Shown here in pieces: positions 17,897 to 27,532 of a DNA stretch of 64,000 nucleotides. The notes under the pieces are model-generated. The model saw nothing but the letters and a program-made list of their open reading frames with translations. It did not search any database and had not been told where the DNA came from. Both the position numbers and the translations under genes were made by a program. The first letter of the stretch is position 1, and each line of letters begins with the position of its first letter. The DNA is taken from positions 124,001 through 188,000 of IMG/VR virus record IMGVR_UViG_3300044712_001255. The stretch is one strand, 5' to 3'.

Positions 17897-18898
17897 ATGG
17901 AGCACAACTACCAATCGTTTACGACAGCATACGCAGGACTGATTAAGGATGTTTACGAGAATCCTGATTTTGTATGTGCTCCACGCGGGCAGAAGATCAA
18001 GGAGAAGTTGGGTGTCAAGTTTGTCATCCAGAATCCACGAGCTCGATTGCCATTCATCAAGGAACGTAAGTTCTCTGTTGCGTATGTGATAGCTGAGGCG
18101 TTGTGGTATCTCAGCGGTAACAACAGCACTGAATGGATCTCTTACTATTCGAAGTTCTGGCGTGACATCAGCGACGATGGCGTAACTGCAAATTCAGCGT
18201 ATGGCGCTAGAATTTTCAAGCCACATTCTCGATCTGGCGCGTTGTCCCATGATGATGGGTGGACGCAGTGGAACTGGCTGATTGATGAGCTAGCGGCAGA
18301 CAACGACTCTCGTAGGGCCGTCGTGCACATCAGGAGCCCTCTCGATTCTCGATTGGCCAAGAAGGATGTACCCTGCACGCTGACCCTTCAATTTTTTCTG
18401 AGGGATGACAAGGTGCATCAGGTCGTCTCTATGAGGTCTTCTGACCTCGTCTTGGGCATCGCTAACGACATTCCGGCGTTTACGATTTTCCAAGAGCTCT
18501 TGGCGTTGGACCTCACTGAACGTTTGAAGCGTCCCATCGGATTGGGAACATATACACACGTCAGTAACTCTTTGCACATTTACGAGAGGAACTTTACGTT
18601 GGTGGAGTCTATCATCAATACGACTGAAGATCTGACGAAATACGATGATGAGTCATACGCCATGCCCGCCATGCCAAGCAAGCCTCCGTTGGTAGATCTC
18701 AATTGTCATGAATCAATGATTCGAGTTGCGACAGCAGGTGTACGATTGACGCACGCCAACTATCGTACTTCAGATCCATACTGGCGAGATTGGCAGACGA
18801 TCTTAGCACGTCATCGTTGTCAGAAGTGGGATATTGACTGTAATTTTGACGTTCTTGGTGGGATCAATTGGCCACACTACGGATTCTTTGAGGAGTGA
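17897..18898 (+). CDS. Thymidylate-synthase-family enzyme with dCMP hydroxymethylase (T4 gp42-like) signature
   Basis: NSAYG, DVPCTLTLQF, MRSSDLVLGIANDIPAF (Asp at the ThyA Asn177-equivalent position), SLHIYERNF. Confidence 0.75.
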   Translation: MEHNYQSFTTAYAGLIKDVYENPDFVCAPRGQKIKEKLGVKFVIQNPRARLPFIKERKFSVAYVIAEALWYLSGNNSTEWISYYSKFWRDISDDGVTANSAYGARIFKPHSRSGALSHDDGWTQWNWLIDELAADNDSRRAVVHIRSPLDSRLAKKDVPCTLTLQFFLRDDKVHQVVSMRSSDLVLGIANDIPAFTIFQELLALDLTERLKRPIGLGTYTHVSNSLHIYERNFTLVESIINTTEDLTKYDDESYAMPAMPSKPPLVDLNCHESMIRVATAGVRLTHANYRTSDPYWRDWQTILARHRCQKWDIDCNFDVLGGINWPHYGFFEE

Positions 18899-18899
18899 T

Positions 18900-19502
18900 A
18901 TGACATGTGTAGTTGGCTACAAAGATGGCGATGCCATCTATCTTGGGTCTGACAGCTACGTGGGTAGCGTCGAAAATGGCATTCAACATGTCCTGGCAAA
19001 TCCAGAGAAGATCTTTCAAACGGGACAGTTCTTGATTGGTGTCGCGGGTAGCATGCGCATCGGTCAACTTCTTCACCACGGTCTACGCGTCGCAAAGCAG
19101 AGACGTGGTGATTCAGATCAAAAGTACTTAGTGATCAATGTGATGAGTGCCATCAGGTCTTTGTTACAGGAACACTGTCAGTGGGGCTCCGCAGAAGATG
19201 ATTCCGAAGTGGGCATGATGTATGACACTGATTTGATCCTAGCCTACAAGAATCAAATCTACATGATCGACGTAGACCTGCAAGTACAGCAGATCGTAGG
19301 AAACTATGTCTGCATCGGCTCCGGCCGCGAGGTGGCCAATGGTGCTATGTTCGCTTTTGAAAATGGCGATGTTGCAGAAGTAGCTGTATCAGCTCCCGAC
19401 CGCATAAAACTTGCGCTTCAGGCGGCAACGCACCATCAATCTGGTATTTTGCCGCCTTACCATATCATGCAGCTCAAGAACGGTATAGTTTCTAAGGTAT
19501 GA
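18900..19502 (+). CDS. Ntn-hydrolase, HslV/proteasome-beta-like protease 3
   Basis: MTCVVG, SDS, EKIF, CIGSG. Confidence 0.7.
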   Translation: MTCVVGYKDGDAIYLGSDSYVGSVENGIQHVLANPEKIFQTGQFLIGVAGSMRIGQLLHHGLRVAKQRRGDSDQKYLVINVMSAIRSLLQEHCQWGSAEDDSEVGMMYDTDLILAYKNQIYMIDVDLQVQQIVGNYVCIGSGREVANGAMFAFENGDVAEVAVSAPDRIKLALQAATHHQSGILPPYHIMQLKNGIVSKV

Positions 19503-20080
19503 AGTTGCCGATGCAAAATCCTCAATTTATTGTCTATTGTGGTCCAATGTGGTCGGCAAAGACAACGTCTATGTTGCTTCGCCTTGAACGTTTTGAGTTA
19601 CAAGGACGAAAAGTTAAGCTGTTCAAACCAAATATCGATGAACGATATGATGCAAAGTTTGAAGTTGTAACTCACTCTGGGTGGAAACGTGCCGCAGTGC
19701 CTATCAAGAATGCGGTTGATATCCTCAAAGAGATTGAGAATGATCCACCCGAAGTGATTGCGCTCGACGAAGCGTTCATGGTGAAGGATAGCCATAAGGT
19801 ATTGGTGTGGTTATTCAAGACAGGAGTGACTATTGTAGTCTCGAGCCTTGATTTGAGTTTTAAGGGAGTACCTTTCAAAGAAGTTGAAAAGATGCTGTCA
19901 TGGGCGACGGAGGTGCATAAGTGCGCTGCCGTTTGCAAGGCATGTGGTTCTGACGCATTCTACACATATCGTAAGAATGATGACAACGAAGATATCATAG
20001 TGGGTGGTGCTGAGCTCTATGAGAGTAGGTGTTTCAGGTGTCATCCCATCATTGACGAGAGACCTGGTGACTATGAGTGA
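19499..20080 (+). CDS. tdk: Thymidine kinase
   Basis: GPMWSAKTT, LDEAF, CxxC...Y..RCxxC. Confidence 0.88.
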   Translation: MKLPMQNPQFIVYCGPMWSAKTTSMLLRLERFELQGRKVKLFKPNIDERYDAKFEVVTHSGWKRAAVPIKNAVDILKEIENDPPEVIALDEAFMVKDSHKVLVWLFKTGVTIVVSSLDLSFKGVPFKEVEKMLSWATEVHKCAAVCKACGSDAFYTYRKNDDNEDIIVGGAELYESRCFRCHPIIDERPGDYE

Positions 20081-20576
20081 GATACAACGTCCTACTTGGC
20101 CACAAAAGTGGATGAACATCGCCAGAGAAATTTCTGAGATGTCTTATGATTCGCGCTTGAAAGTTGGCGCAATTATCGTCCCAGTTGACAATACTGGCAT
20201 ACTTTCATTGGGATTCAACGGCAATGCTCACGGCCTTCCCAACAAACGTGACAGCGAAGAAGAGGGCAAGGCGGGTTTCATTCACGCAGAGCAAAATTGT
20301 TTCTATAAACTTGATTATCGACACCCATCACAGAAGGTTCTATACGTTCTCTATTCGCCTTGTCCTGAATGCGCAAAAGGCGCAATACAGTGTAAGATAA
20401 ACAGAGTTGTTTATGATAAACCTTTTCGAGATACGCGTGGTATAGACATTCTGAATATGGGCGGAATCGAAGTGTACACGCTCGATGAAGCGATATTCCT
20501 GGCGCAACAAGGCATCTGGGGAGATGAACATTGTAAGGTAGATCGCAAGGTCGCGCTGACAAGTTTACGTCCATAG
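20073..20576 (+). CDS. dCMP deaminase
   Basis: KVGAII, GFNG, HAEQN, SPCPECAK. Confidence 0.9.
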   Translation: MSEIQRPTWPQKWMNIAREISEMSYDSRLKVGAIIVPVDNTGILSLGFNGNAHGLPNKRDSEEEGKAGFIHAEQNCFYKLDYRHPSQKVLYVLYSPCPECAKGAIQCKINRVVYDKPFRDTRGIDILNMGGIEVYTLDEAIFLAQQGIWGDEHCKVDRKVALTSLRP

Positions 20577-20584
20577 TTAACTTC

Positions 20585-21103
20585 ATGGAAACTAACGAGC
20601 GACGGGTCATTCGTATTTTGCGAGAGGAGTATCATAAAAGAACTTCTCGCGCATTGCAAATGATTTACGAAGGCGAAGAGAAAGAATCTAACATCAAGTT
20701 TGATCTAAAGAACGTTGTTAAACCAGGCTTGTCAGTACGCTTACGTAAAGACTACCAGAAATGGAAGAAGGGCGCAGCATTTACTATCAAGTCTGTCGGT
20801 GGAACACACGTTGAACTTGACCCTCCTTCTGAAGAAGCTGTTGAAGCGCCTGGCGCAACAAGCGATCCGATAGGCGTCCCTGTGGCAGCGACGCAATCGT
20901 CTGCGGCGCCGCAAGCCACCAGTAACGCTAGTGATTCTGAAAAGACGACTGAAATGCCACGCAAAGAATCATTGCGCATGTCTTGGCAAGAATTCGATAA
21001 TGACGGTGGTGTTTTTGAGCTTCATGGTGGAGAAGAAGACAAGGACGCTAAAAAACAAGCTGGCTCAGACAAGCAGAAGACCAAGGACGACAAGAATAGT
21101 TAA
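20585..21103 (+). CDS. Hypothetical, probable late/virion protein
   Basis: RILREEY motif; ATAGTTA 5 nt upstream. Confidence 0.55.
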   Translation: METNERRVIRILREEYHKRTSRALQMIYEGEEKESNIKFDLKNVVKPGLSVRLRKDYQKWKKGAAFTIKSVGGTHVELDPPSEEAVEAPGATSDPIGVPVAATQSSAAPQATSNASDSEKTTEMPRKESLRMSWQEFDNDGGVFELHGGEEDKDAKKQAGSDKQKTKDDKNS

Positions 21104-21112
21104 GGACACGCC

Positions 21113-21838
21113 ATGTCTAACATCGATCTATCAGAAACCGATCTTCAAAAGATTGTAAGCGAGTCACTATCAAAAAGTCTCAGCAAGCATGGCGTTGCGC
21201 CGGCTGAATCAACGAAGTTGTCTGAGGCTTATGTCGTCGATACGAAAACGTATAAGTTGACCACTGACAACTTATCGCAGAAGACTAAGGACGGACACGT
21301 CCAGTTGTATCAGGATTATGTTCGTGTCGCGAACACAGTATCCGCTGAACTTGATTCCACGAATAAAAGTGATGCAAACTCGAGTCACTCGCAGTTCAGG
21401 TCATTGAAGCTGGATGAATCGTACAATCTCAATGCGAAGTGGCTGCACGAGCTGTACTTTTCGAATTGCTTTGATCCAAATAGCGAAATCTTCATGGATT
21501 CGCAAGCGTACATACGCCTTCAGCGCGACTTCGGTACGTTTGAGAACTGGCAGAAAGATTTCATGGCATGTGCAATGTCTGCCGGCGAAGGGTGGGCAGT
21601 CACTGGATGGCATCATTATCTGAAGCGCTACGTCAACACAATTGTCAGTCACCACAGCGGCGACGTGATGATGGGTTTGTATCCTGTGATTGTGCTAGAC
21701 GTTTGGTCACATGCGTATCACAGAGATTACGTTGTAGATCGTAAGAGCTACATTGTTGCAATGATGCGAGAGCTTAATTGGAACACCATTGAAAATCGTT
21801 TCAAGATGTGCGAACGCATGGCAGAGGTGATGAAGTGA
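21113..21838 (+). CDS. Fe/Mn superoxide-dismutase-like protein
   Basis: HVQLY..YV, WLHELYF, FG.FE.W..DF, LDVWSHAY (canonical DVWEHAY). Confidence 0.75.
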   Translation: MSNIDLSETDLQKIVSESLSKSLSKHGVAPAESTKLSEAYVVDTKTYKLTTDNLSQKTKDGHVQLYQDYVRVANTVSAELDSTNKSDANSSHSQFRSLKLDESYNLNAKWLHELYFSNCFDPNSEIFMDSQAYIRLQRDFGTFENWQKDFMACAMSAGEGWAVTGWHHYLKRYVNTIVSHHSGDVMMGLYPVIVLDVWSHAYHRDYVVDRKSYIVAMMRELNWNTIENRFKMCERMAEVMK

Positions 21839-22404
21839 GTAACGCAAAACGTCAGCTTAAGAAGCTCATAGAAGAAATGCGTCACAAGGCGCTCATCTCT
21901 GAGGCAGATGACCCAGCAGCAGAAGATGCGCAGCCAGTTGATGGTAATGATTCTCTTGACGTGCAGGTGGACTCTTACATCGCGTCATATGAAAAAGAAG
22001 CCAGCAATGCAGTGAAAGAAGGCAAGGACTTCAGAGCATTGACACGTCGTCTGATGACAGAAGCAGACGATGAAGAAAAGGACGCAGATGCAGGAGAAGA
22101 CGCTGCAGATGATGCTGCCCCACCACAACCTGCAAAGAAAACAGGCGCTGACTTAGAGGTCCGCACATTTGCAAGTTCTGTTGCACGCTTGATTGAAAAT
22201 GTTGATTCTTTGATTGAATTTCGTAGTACAATCATGCGAAGAGCCAGCAATTTCTTGACGAAGAACTACGATGCGCAGGTGCTACGACAATTTGAGATCA
22301 TCATGGAAGATGAACATGGTATTGCTGCTGGAAAGTCAGCAAAAGATATCGAAGATGATTTCCAAGCGCCTTGGGCAGCACAGTCAGGACCTGGCGGAGG
22401 TTGA
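21835..22404 (+). CDS. Acidic hypothetical protein (scaffold/internal-protein-like)
   Basis: LIEEM, LISEA and LMTEA motifs; very acidic. Confidence 0.55.
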   Translation: MSNAKRQLKKLIEEMRHKALISEADDPAAEDAQPVDGNDSLDVQVDSYIASYEKEASNAVKEGKDFRALTRRLMTEADDEEKDADAGEDAADDAAPPQPAKKTGADLEVRTFASSVARLIENVDSLIEFRSTIMRRASNFLTKNYDAQVLRQFEIIMEDEHGIAAGKSAKDIEDDFQAPWAAQSGPGGG

Positions 22405-22410
22405 CATGCC

Positions 22411-22749
22411 ATGCGCACTGATTTGCTAGCTGACCACAAGTGTATCCACGTCAAACTAAAGAAAGACGTCTACTCAAGCCTCAAGATTGCCCTTTTTAAG
22501 CATGGGTTATCAATGCAAGAGGTGTTTGGCGAATTTGCTCGCCTGCTTGTGATGGGCGAATCACGATCATCAAAAATCGTGCAAGAATTGATCGTCAAAA
22601 AGACAGAGGAACTGTTGGAGGGTAAGATTGTGCGTAAAACGCGCAAACGTACCAAGCCCATAGAGGAACAGGACCGTGATGTGTTGTACAGTTTGATCGA
22701 AGGTACACACAATGACGACGGAACGTCCCAAGACCCCACCGGAACCTGA
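22411..22749 (+). CDS. Ribbon-helix-helix-like DNA-binding protein
   Basis: IHVKLKKDVYSSLKIALFKHGLSMQEVF pattern. Confidence 0.45.
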   Translation: MRTDLLADHKCIHVKLKKDVYSSLKIALFKHGLSMQEVFGEFARLLVMGESRSSKIVQELIVKKTEELLEGKIVRKTRKRTKPIEEQDRDVLYSLIEGTHNDDGTSQDPTGT

Positions 22750-23038
22750 GCAAAAATTTAGAGACCCAACATCGTTGGAAAAAGCAGCGTTTTACGTGTT
22801 TCGAAACGTGCCCCCGTGGAGCACGTTGTACGCGAACATTAATTGGCTGGCTCATTGCGTGGGATCAACTGCTAAAAGCATTGATGCCATTGTCAAAGCA
22901 ATTTCTTTGTTATCTCTTCAGGTTGAAGTGTTAGCAATGGAACATGATGACCTCGTTGACAAGCTAGTTAAAGCATCGGTGCTCAAAGAAGACCCGCGTC
23001 CAAAGCGAGACGATACTGCGAGCAAAGATCTGAATTGA
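22712..23038 (+). CDS. Hypothetical protein
   Basis: Coupled ORF. Confidence 0.5.
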   Translation: MTTERPKTPPEPEQKFRDPTSLEKAAFYVFRNVPPWSTLYANINWLAHCVGSTAKSIDAIVKAISLLSLQVEVLAMEHDDLVDKLVKASVLKEDPRPKRDDTASKDLN

Positions 23039-23463
23039 GAGGTCATATGATTCTTCCTACTTGGCTACAACTTACGTGGGCGTTCATCAAGAAGTACTGG
23101 CAGGTCTTTGCTACTATTGCCGTGTTTGCGTTCATCTACTTTTGGACAAAGTCAAGTTCAACAAGCTTGGCTGAAAAGTTGGCAGCGTTGAACGCGACTC
23201 ATGACGAAGAGATCAAGAAAATCATAGCAGCTCGAGACGAAGAGATAAAGAAGCGTCTTGAAAATGAGGCTCGTTATCAGCAGCAGATAAAGCAAATTCA
23301 AGATCAATACGAAAAGGCCAAGATTGAACTTGATGCTCGCACGAAAAAGCAGGTTGAGACAATCGTCAAAGACTATGGCGATGATGAAGTGAAACTTGCA
23401 GAGCAGATTGCAAAGGTCACTGGGTTCACTCTTGTGATGCCTAATTCTGGAGATAAGAAATGA
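23035..23463 (+). CDS. N-terminally anchored coiled-coil membrane protein (i-spanin-like)
   Basis: One N-terminal TM segment followed by a long heptad coiled coil. Confidence 0.5.
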   Translation: MRGHMILPTWLQLTWAFIKKYWQVFATIAVFAFIYFWTKSSSTSLAEKLAALNATHDEEIKKIIAARDEEIKKRLENEARYQQQIKQIQDQYEKAKIELDARTKKQVETIVKDYGDDEVKLAEQIAKVTGFTLVMPNSGDKK

Positions 23464-23954
23464 AGAAATTCATAGCATACTGTTTGATTGCGTCAATGCT
23501 GGCGACGTCTTTGCCAACGTACGCGCAAGAACCCGCTGCGAAGTTGCCAACGCCTGCAACGCCTATGTCGCAGGGACGTATCTCTCCCATGACAAAGGGC
23601 GATAAGGCAATCTTTGACGGAATCTTGTTTGATTCTTACGCTGCTGCGTGGCTAATCGTTCAGAAGAAAGACGTTGAAGATCGCATCAAGATAGAGCGAG
23701 ATAACGCAACGGCTATCGAAAAAGCAAAAAGCGTCAAAGATCTTGCTGATGCGAAAGCTTCGTCTACTGCGACGCAAAAAGTGATGCAAGCATCGCTAGA
23801 TGAACGTCAAAAGCGAATTGAGTTGTTGACAAAACAAATCAATGATGATGCAAAAAAGTCTGACCCGCCACTCGTGTTATGGGTTGGGCTTGGCGCAATC
23901 GCAGGAACTCTATTGACATTAGGTACTGTTGCCGTTGTTGGCGCAGTAAAGTAG
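23460..23954 (+). CDS. Signal peptide + coiled coil + C-terminal TM protein (spanin-like)
   Basis: MKKFIAYCLIASML...AQE signal; C-terminal LWVGLGAIAGTLLTLGTVAVV. Confidence 0.45.
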   Translation: MKKFIAYCLIASMLATSLPTYAQEPAAKLPTPATPMSQGRISPMTKGDKAIFDGILFDSYAAAWLIVQKKDVEDRIKIERDNATAIEKAKSVKDLADAKASSTATQKVMQASLDERQKRIELLTKQINDDAKKSDPPLVLWVGLGAIAGTLLTLGTVAVVGAVK

Positions 23955-23962
23955 GAGCACAT

Positions 23963-24295
23963 ATGGATACGAATACAACACCAGAAACACCACCCTCGCC
24001 AGAAGCTACCGTGGCTGCTGAAGTTCAAGAGACGCCAGTTCCGCATGACGCAACGGTTGCGCCGCGTTGGTATTGGATAAAAGACACAAAAGGGTATGGA
24101 TCAGTGACTGTCACGTTGGTCACGATTGCATTTTGGGTGACAACACTGGCATACATCTTGTCCGTATTCCAGAAGATCGGGCCGCTTGAGATACGTCCGT
24201 TTGACACAGCTGCGACGTCAGTTTACTTGATTCCCATCTTGAGTTTATATTTTGGAAGAAAGTTGACTGACGCAAAGTTCAAGCCAGACAAATGA
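23963..24295 (+). CDS. Two-TM holin-like membrane protein
   Basis: Two hydrophobic segments, YFGRK basic C-terminus; AGGAG RBS. Confidence 0.5.
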   Translation: MDTNTTPETPPSPEATVAAEVQETPVPHDATVAPRWYWIKDTKGYGSVTVTLVTIAFWVTTLAYILSVFQKIGPLEIRPFDTAATSVYLIPILSLYFGRKLTDAKFKPDK

Positions 24296-24339
24296 TCGTG
24301 GCTGAAAGCCATGAACAGATGACATGAATACCTATTGCC

Positions 24340-25908
24340 ATGCTGCGCGCCGATCCTGATGCCACATTGAGGGAAATGGTAAGAAAAGCCCTAGATGGCA
24401 CGTTGGTCACTGAGCTCTTTGAGCCCGAGGATCCCGTGCATGTCAATGCTGTTATTGACCCACAAGCAGCGCAGACAGACAGACACGACACAAAGTTTTT
24501 GCCTACCAACGGAGTCGAGTTCCAGGTAGCGATTCAGCAGCTAGTTAAAGCATACCCGTCAGCCGACTTCGGAGAGGTGCTCAAGGTGATCAAAGCAACC
24601 TTGGAGAAGGCTCAGGAACAAAACACCGACCGAGGAGACCCAAAAATGAACAAGCAACAGGCAGCAGAAGCACTTATTCGTAAGCGAGTACGTCAAATCA
24701 TTCGCGAGGCGATGGCAGCAAACGATCCCCGCCGCAGGGCAGGATCAAAGAAGTTGCCGCCGGGTTACGCAGAGCATCTGCCCGATGCAGTACGTTCAGC
24801 GGGACTTGAAGCTCCTGGATCAATTGCTGCACATCTTCCTGATGATGTCAAGCATGATCTTGCGATGGTTCGTAAGGGCCTCGAAGGCATGGGAGACGAA
24901 GACGCAGATGCACTCAAGAGGGTCGCAGCTGCCGGTAAGAATGTTCGTGGTAGCAAGGTGAACGATGAGCAAGCGCAGCAAATTATTGCCGCTCTTGGCG
25001 ATGAAGACCTTGGAATGAGCCAGTTCATGAACCTTGATAAGGCAACGAAGATGCGTTTCTTTGTCATCATGTACCTTACAAACAAGGACCGTAGCTTCTT
25101 CCAGCGCTGCGTTGATGATTATATTGCCGAGCTCGAAGATCAGTGGACAACTGCAAATCAGCAAGAGGCAGGCGACGACAAGGCTCTGCTGGCGCAGCTG
25201 AATCAGGAAATGATGGATGGCATCGATGAAATCGAAGCTGCGATTTCTGCAGACCCGTCTGTTTCTGAAGGGTTCAGCGACTTTGTTCAGAAGGAAGTCA
25301 CAGACACAATCAATGAGATGAGTCCTGAACAGTGGAAGGATCTCGTTGATAGGGCAAAGAAGGGATTCGAAGGCGTTCCTGGTGGTGTATCACCTGAGAA
25401 CATTGAGAATCTCCGCACGTGGATCTCTCGACGTGGTAACTGGCTCAAGCCAGGTGGGTCGCTCGATCGTTCCCGTCCACTGCCCCCTGCCGCGATTGCT
25501 GACCCTGCGCCCCCAAGCACAAGAGGCCCGGCTTCCACACCCACTCCTTCGGCGGCTACCGGCGCGGAACCTGATGACATGATGTCTGACGATGACTTCA
25601 AGGCATTTGCAAATGATCTTGCGTGGGACAAGCGTCGTAATGCGGTGATGAACGCTCGACCAAAGTCGTTAGCTAAGAAAACTGGTGACACGTCTGTGCC
25701 TGATTGGTCACCAACATCTAAATTAAAATCTGAACCGAATGTAAATTTAGACGATTCAAGCGATCCTATAGTGAGAAAAGCTATGTCTATGATGTTTGCG
25801 CATGATAGTTCAATAGAAGATATAGCGAAACAAACGAAGTTGTCACCTTCGCAAATTCGTCAAATAGCAGTGAAAAACGGGATTGATCCCGATGGGCTTG
25901 ACTTTTAA
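24340..25908 (+). CDS. Large hypothetical, probable virion/internal protein
   Basis: LREMVRKAL and RVRQIIREA motifs; ATACCTA 5 nt upstream. Confidence 0.6.
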   Translation: MLRADPDATLREMVRKALDGTLVTELFEPEDPVHVNAVIDPQAAQTDRHDTKFLPTNGVEFQVAIQQLVKAYPSADFGEVLKVIKATLEKAQEQNTDRGDPKMNKQQAAEALIRKRVRQIIREAMAANDPRRRAGSKKLPPGYAEHLPDAVRSAGLEAPGSIAAHLPDDVKHDLAMVRKGLEGMGDEDADALKRVAAAGKNVRGSKVNDEQAQQIIAALGDEDLGMSQFMNLDKATKMRFFVIMYLTNKDRSFFQRCVDDYIAELEDQWTTANQQEAGDDKALLAQLNQEMMDGIDEIEAAISADPSVSEGFSDFVQKEVTDTINEMSPEQWKDLVDRAKKGFEGVPGGVSPENIENLRTWISRRGNWLKPGGSLDRSRPLPPAAIADPAPPSTRGPASTPTPSAATGAEPDDMMSDDDFKAFANDLAWDKRRNAVMNARPKSLAKKTGDTSVPDWSPTSKLKSEPNVNLDDSSDPIVRKAMSMMFAHDSSIEDIAKQTKLSPSQIRQIAVKNGIDPDGLDF

Positions 25909-26311
25909 GCTGCGTGATCTAATGTATAAATCTTTGGTCTCCGAGGCGCGAATCACAGTACCATCTAGGTACCCGATCGTGCCTCGTGACCAAGACGCCC
26001 CCATAACAACGTCAAATCGTTGGACGTTGCTTGACACGGGTGCTGCTCAACATCTACAAAAGACGTACGAGTTTCATGATGCATTTGCTCGTAATCGTTT
26101 TGTAGATGAGCTGTTTGCGTATGAAGAAAAGAAGGGTCACAGATCGCAGATAACGACGCAGTATCGTCAAGAGACGCCCAACTACATTGTGAAAGTTGAA
26201 GTATTCACGCCTGGAGTTGACGTCACCACAAATCTTGATAAAGAATATGCTCGTTACGCCGATGTACTGTGGCGTGACCTATGTTATGATATCCTGCATG
26301 TCGCAGGATGA
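25892..26311 (+). CDS. Pterin-4-alpha-carbinolamine dehydratase-like protein
   Basis: LQKTYEF...FVDEL..YEE..GH...I...V.V..FT...TNLD.EYA..D. Confidence 0.6.
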   Translation: MGLTFKLRDLMYKSLVSEARITVPSRYPIVPRDQDAPITTSNRWTLLDTGAAQHLQKTYEFHDAFARNRFVDELFAYEEKKGHRSQITTQYRQETPNYIVKVEVFTPGVDVTTNLDKEYARYADVLWRDLCYDILHVAG

Positions 26312-26720
26312 TGTAGGTGGCTCACTCCTCATGAGTGAGGGCCTTGACGCTGAGCTTGATCTTGACTCAGAAACATCTGACGTTTTTAAAGATCGAGCTA
26401 AGATATTGATTGTCAAGACTCGCGAGAACAACGAGCCTAACGTAATTGTAGCAGCTCTTCGTGCAATGGGTACAAAGGGGTCTACGTTTACGATTGAAAT
26501 GATTGTGCAACAAATGGTTGGCATTGAAACAGTGCTAGCATTTCGAGATAAAAAAATCACGTTTCACGGAATTGATATGCATCACAAGGATAAGGTGACA
26601 ACCGTACTCGCGGAGCATGTAGATACACCTTACGATATTGAATCTTGTAATGCGTATGATATAGTCGTTGAAAATGAAGAGTGCTCACTGGTGATTGTCT
26701 TCGCTCAACCTCCTATTTAG
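26298..26720 (+). CDS. Hypothetical protein
   Basis: In-frame ORF; start uncertain. Confidence 0.45.
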   Translation: MSQDDVGGSLLMSEGLDAELDLDSETSDVFKDRAKILIVKTRENNEPNVIVAALRAMGTKGSTFTIEMIVQQMVGIETVLAFRDKKITFHGIDMHHKDKVTTVLAEHVDTPYDIESCNAYDIVVENEECSLVIVFAQPPI

Positions 26721-26742
26721 GAGTCTGGAAGGAACGGTATAC

Positions 26743-26916
26743 ATGGAAGACGGCGTCAATTTTGACAAGTTCATGGATAGCATCCTGGTAAAGGAAGCAC
26801 AGGCCGAGCGCCGCGATGCTGGTGATGAAGAATTGCCACCCATGCAGCGATTGGCGAAACAACGTCGCGAGAAACCCGCGCAGTTGGTTAGATTCACACC
26901 TCAAGGGAACAAGTAA
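26743..26916 (+). CDS. Small hypothetical protein
   Basis: TAATG coupling to the next gene; ILVKEA motif. Confidence 0.45.
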   Translation: MEDGVNFDKFMDSILVKEAQAERRDAGDEELPPMQRLAKQRREKPAQLVRFTPQGNK

Positions 26917-27509
26917 TGAAGACGTTGGGTGAAAAGCTCGATGACGTCTTTGCAAGCGCAAAGCGTGGGCTTACTGAAACAACGACTCCACGTAGAAGTC
27001 GTCTTGTTGAGGAAGAAGAGTTTCAGGCGAATGTCAAGAAGGATCCCAACACAGCAAATGTGAGTGGGCAGAAACCCGTAGCTCCTGGCGACCTTGAAGA
27101 CGATGAGGCTATGAAACAAGGTGATGTCGGGGTCTCTGACATCATTGACAAACTGAATGCTATTCGAGCAGGAAGAAGTGTGAAGGACGATGAGATCGCG
27201 AAGGCGCTCGAGGCGTATTTCATGGACCTTGATCCAGCAGAACGCGTTGCATTGTTTGCGTATCTGAAGGGAATTTCTGAGGTTGTTAGTGGACAGACGG
27301 CGGGAGAAGCCGCTGTTGAACCAGCCGATCCAGCTCCTGGCATCAAAATGCAAAAGAAAAATTCAGCAGGCGGCGAAAGCAATAAAGCTTCGCCAGCTCC
27401 ACACTCCTTGGCGTCTAGAGGCACAAAGTCTAACGTCACTGTGACCGTCAACAAGAGCCACGCTGGTGGCGGCCAAGAATCGGCTCCCATCACACCAAAA
27501 ACTCGTTGA
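26916..27509 (+). CDS. Hypothetical, probable late/virion protein
   Basis: LTE and LVEEEE motifs; IIDKLNAIRAGRS segment. Confidence 0.55.
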   Translation: MKTLGEKLDDVFASAKRGLTETTTPRRSRLVEEEEFQANVKKDPNTANVSGQKPVAPGDLEDDEAMKQGDVGVSDIIDKLNAIRAGRSVKDDEIAKALEAYFMDLDPAERVALFAYLKGISEVVSGQTAGEAAVEPADPAPGIKMQKKNSAGGESNKASPAPHSLASRGTKSNVTVTVNKSHAGGGQESAPITPKTR

Positions 27510-27532
27510 GCAGAAGATAAGGGTTACACTGT

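Noticed and set aside
17897-18898. Ordinary thymidylate synthase (thyA)
   Set aside because: It has CT/MRS/ND rather than the CH/QRS/FN of ThyA; symbol withheld.
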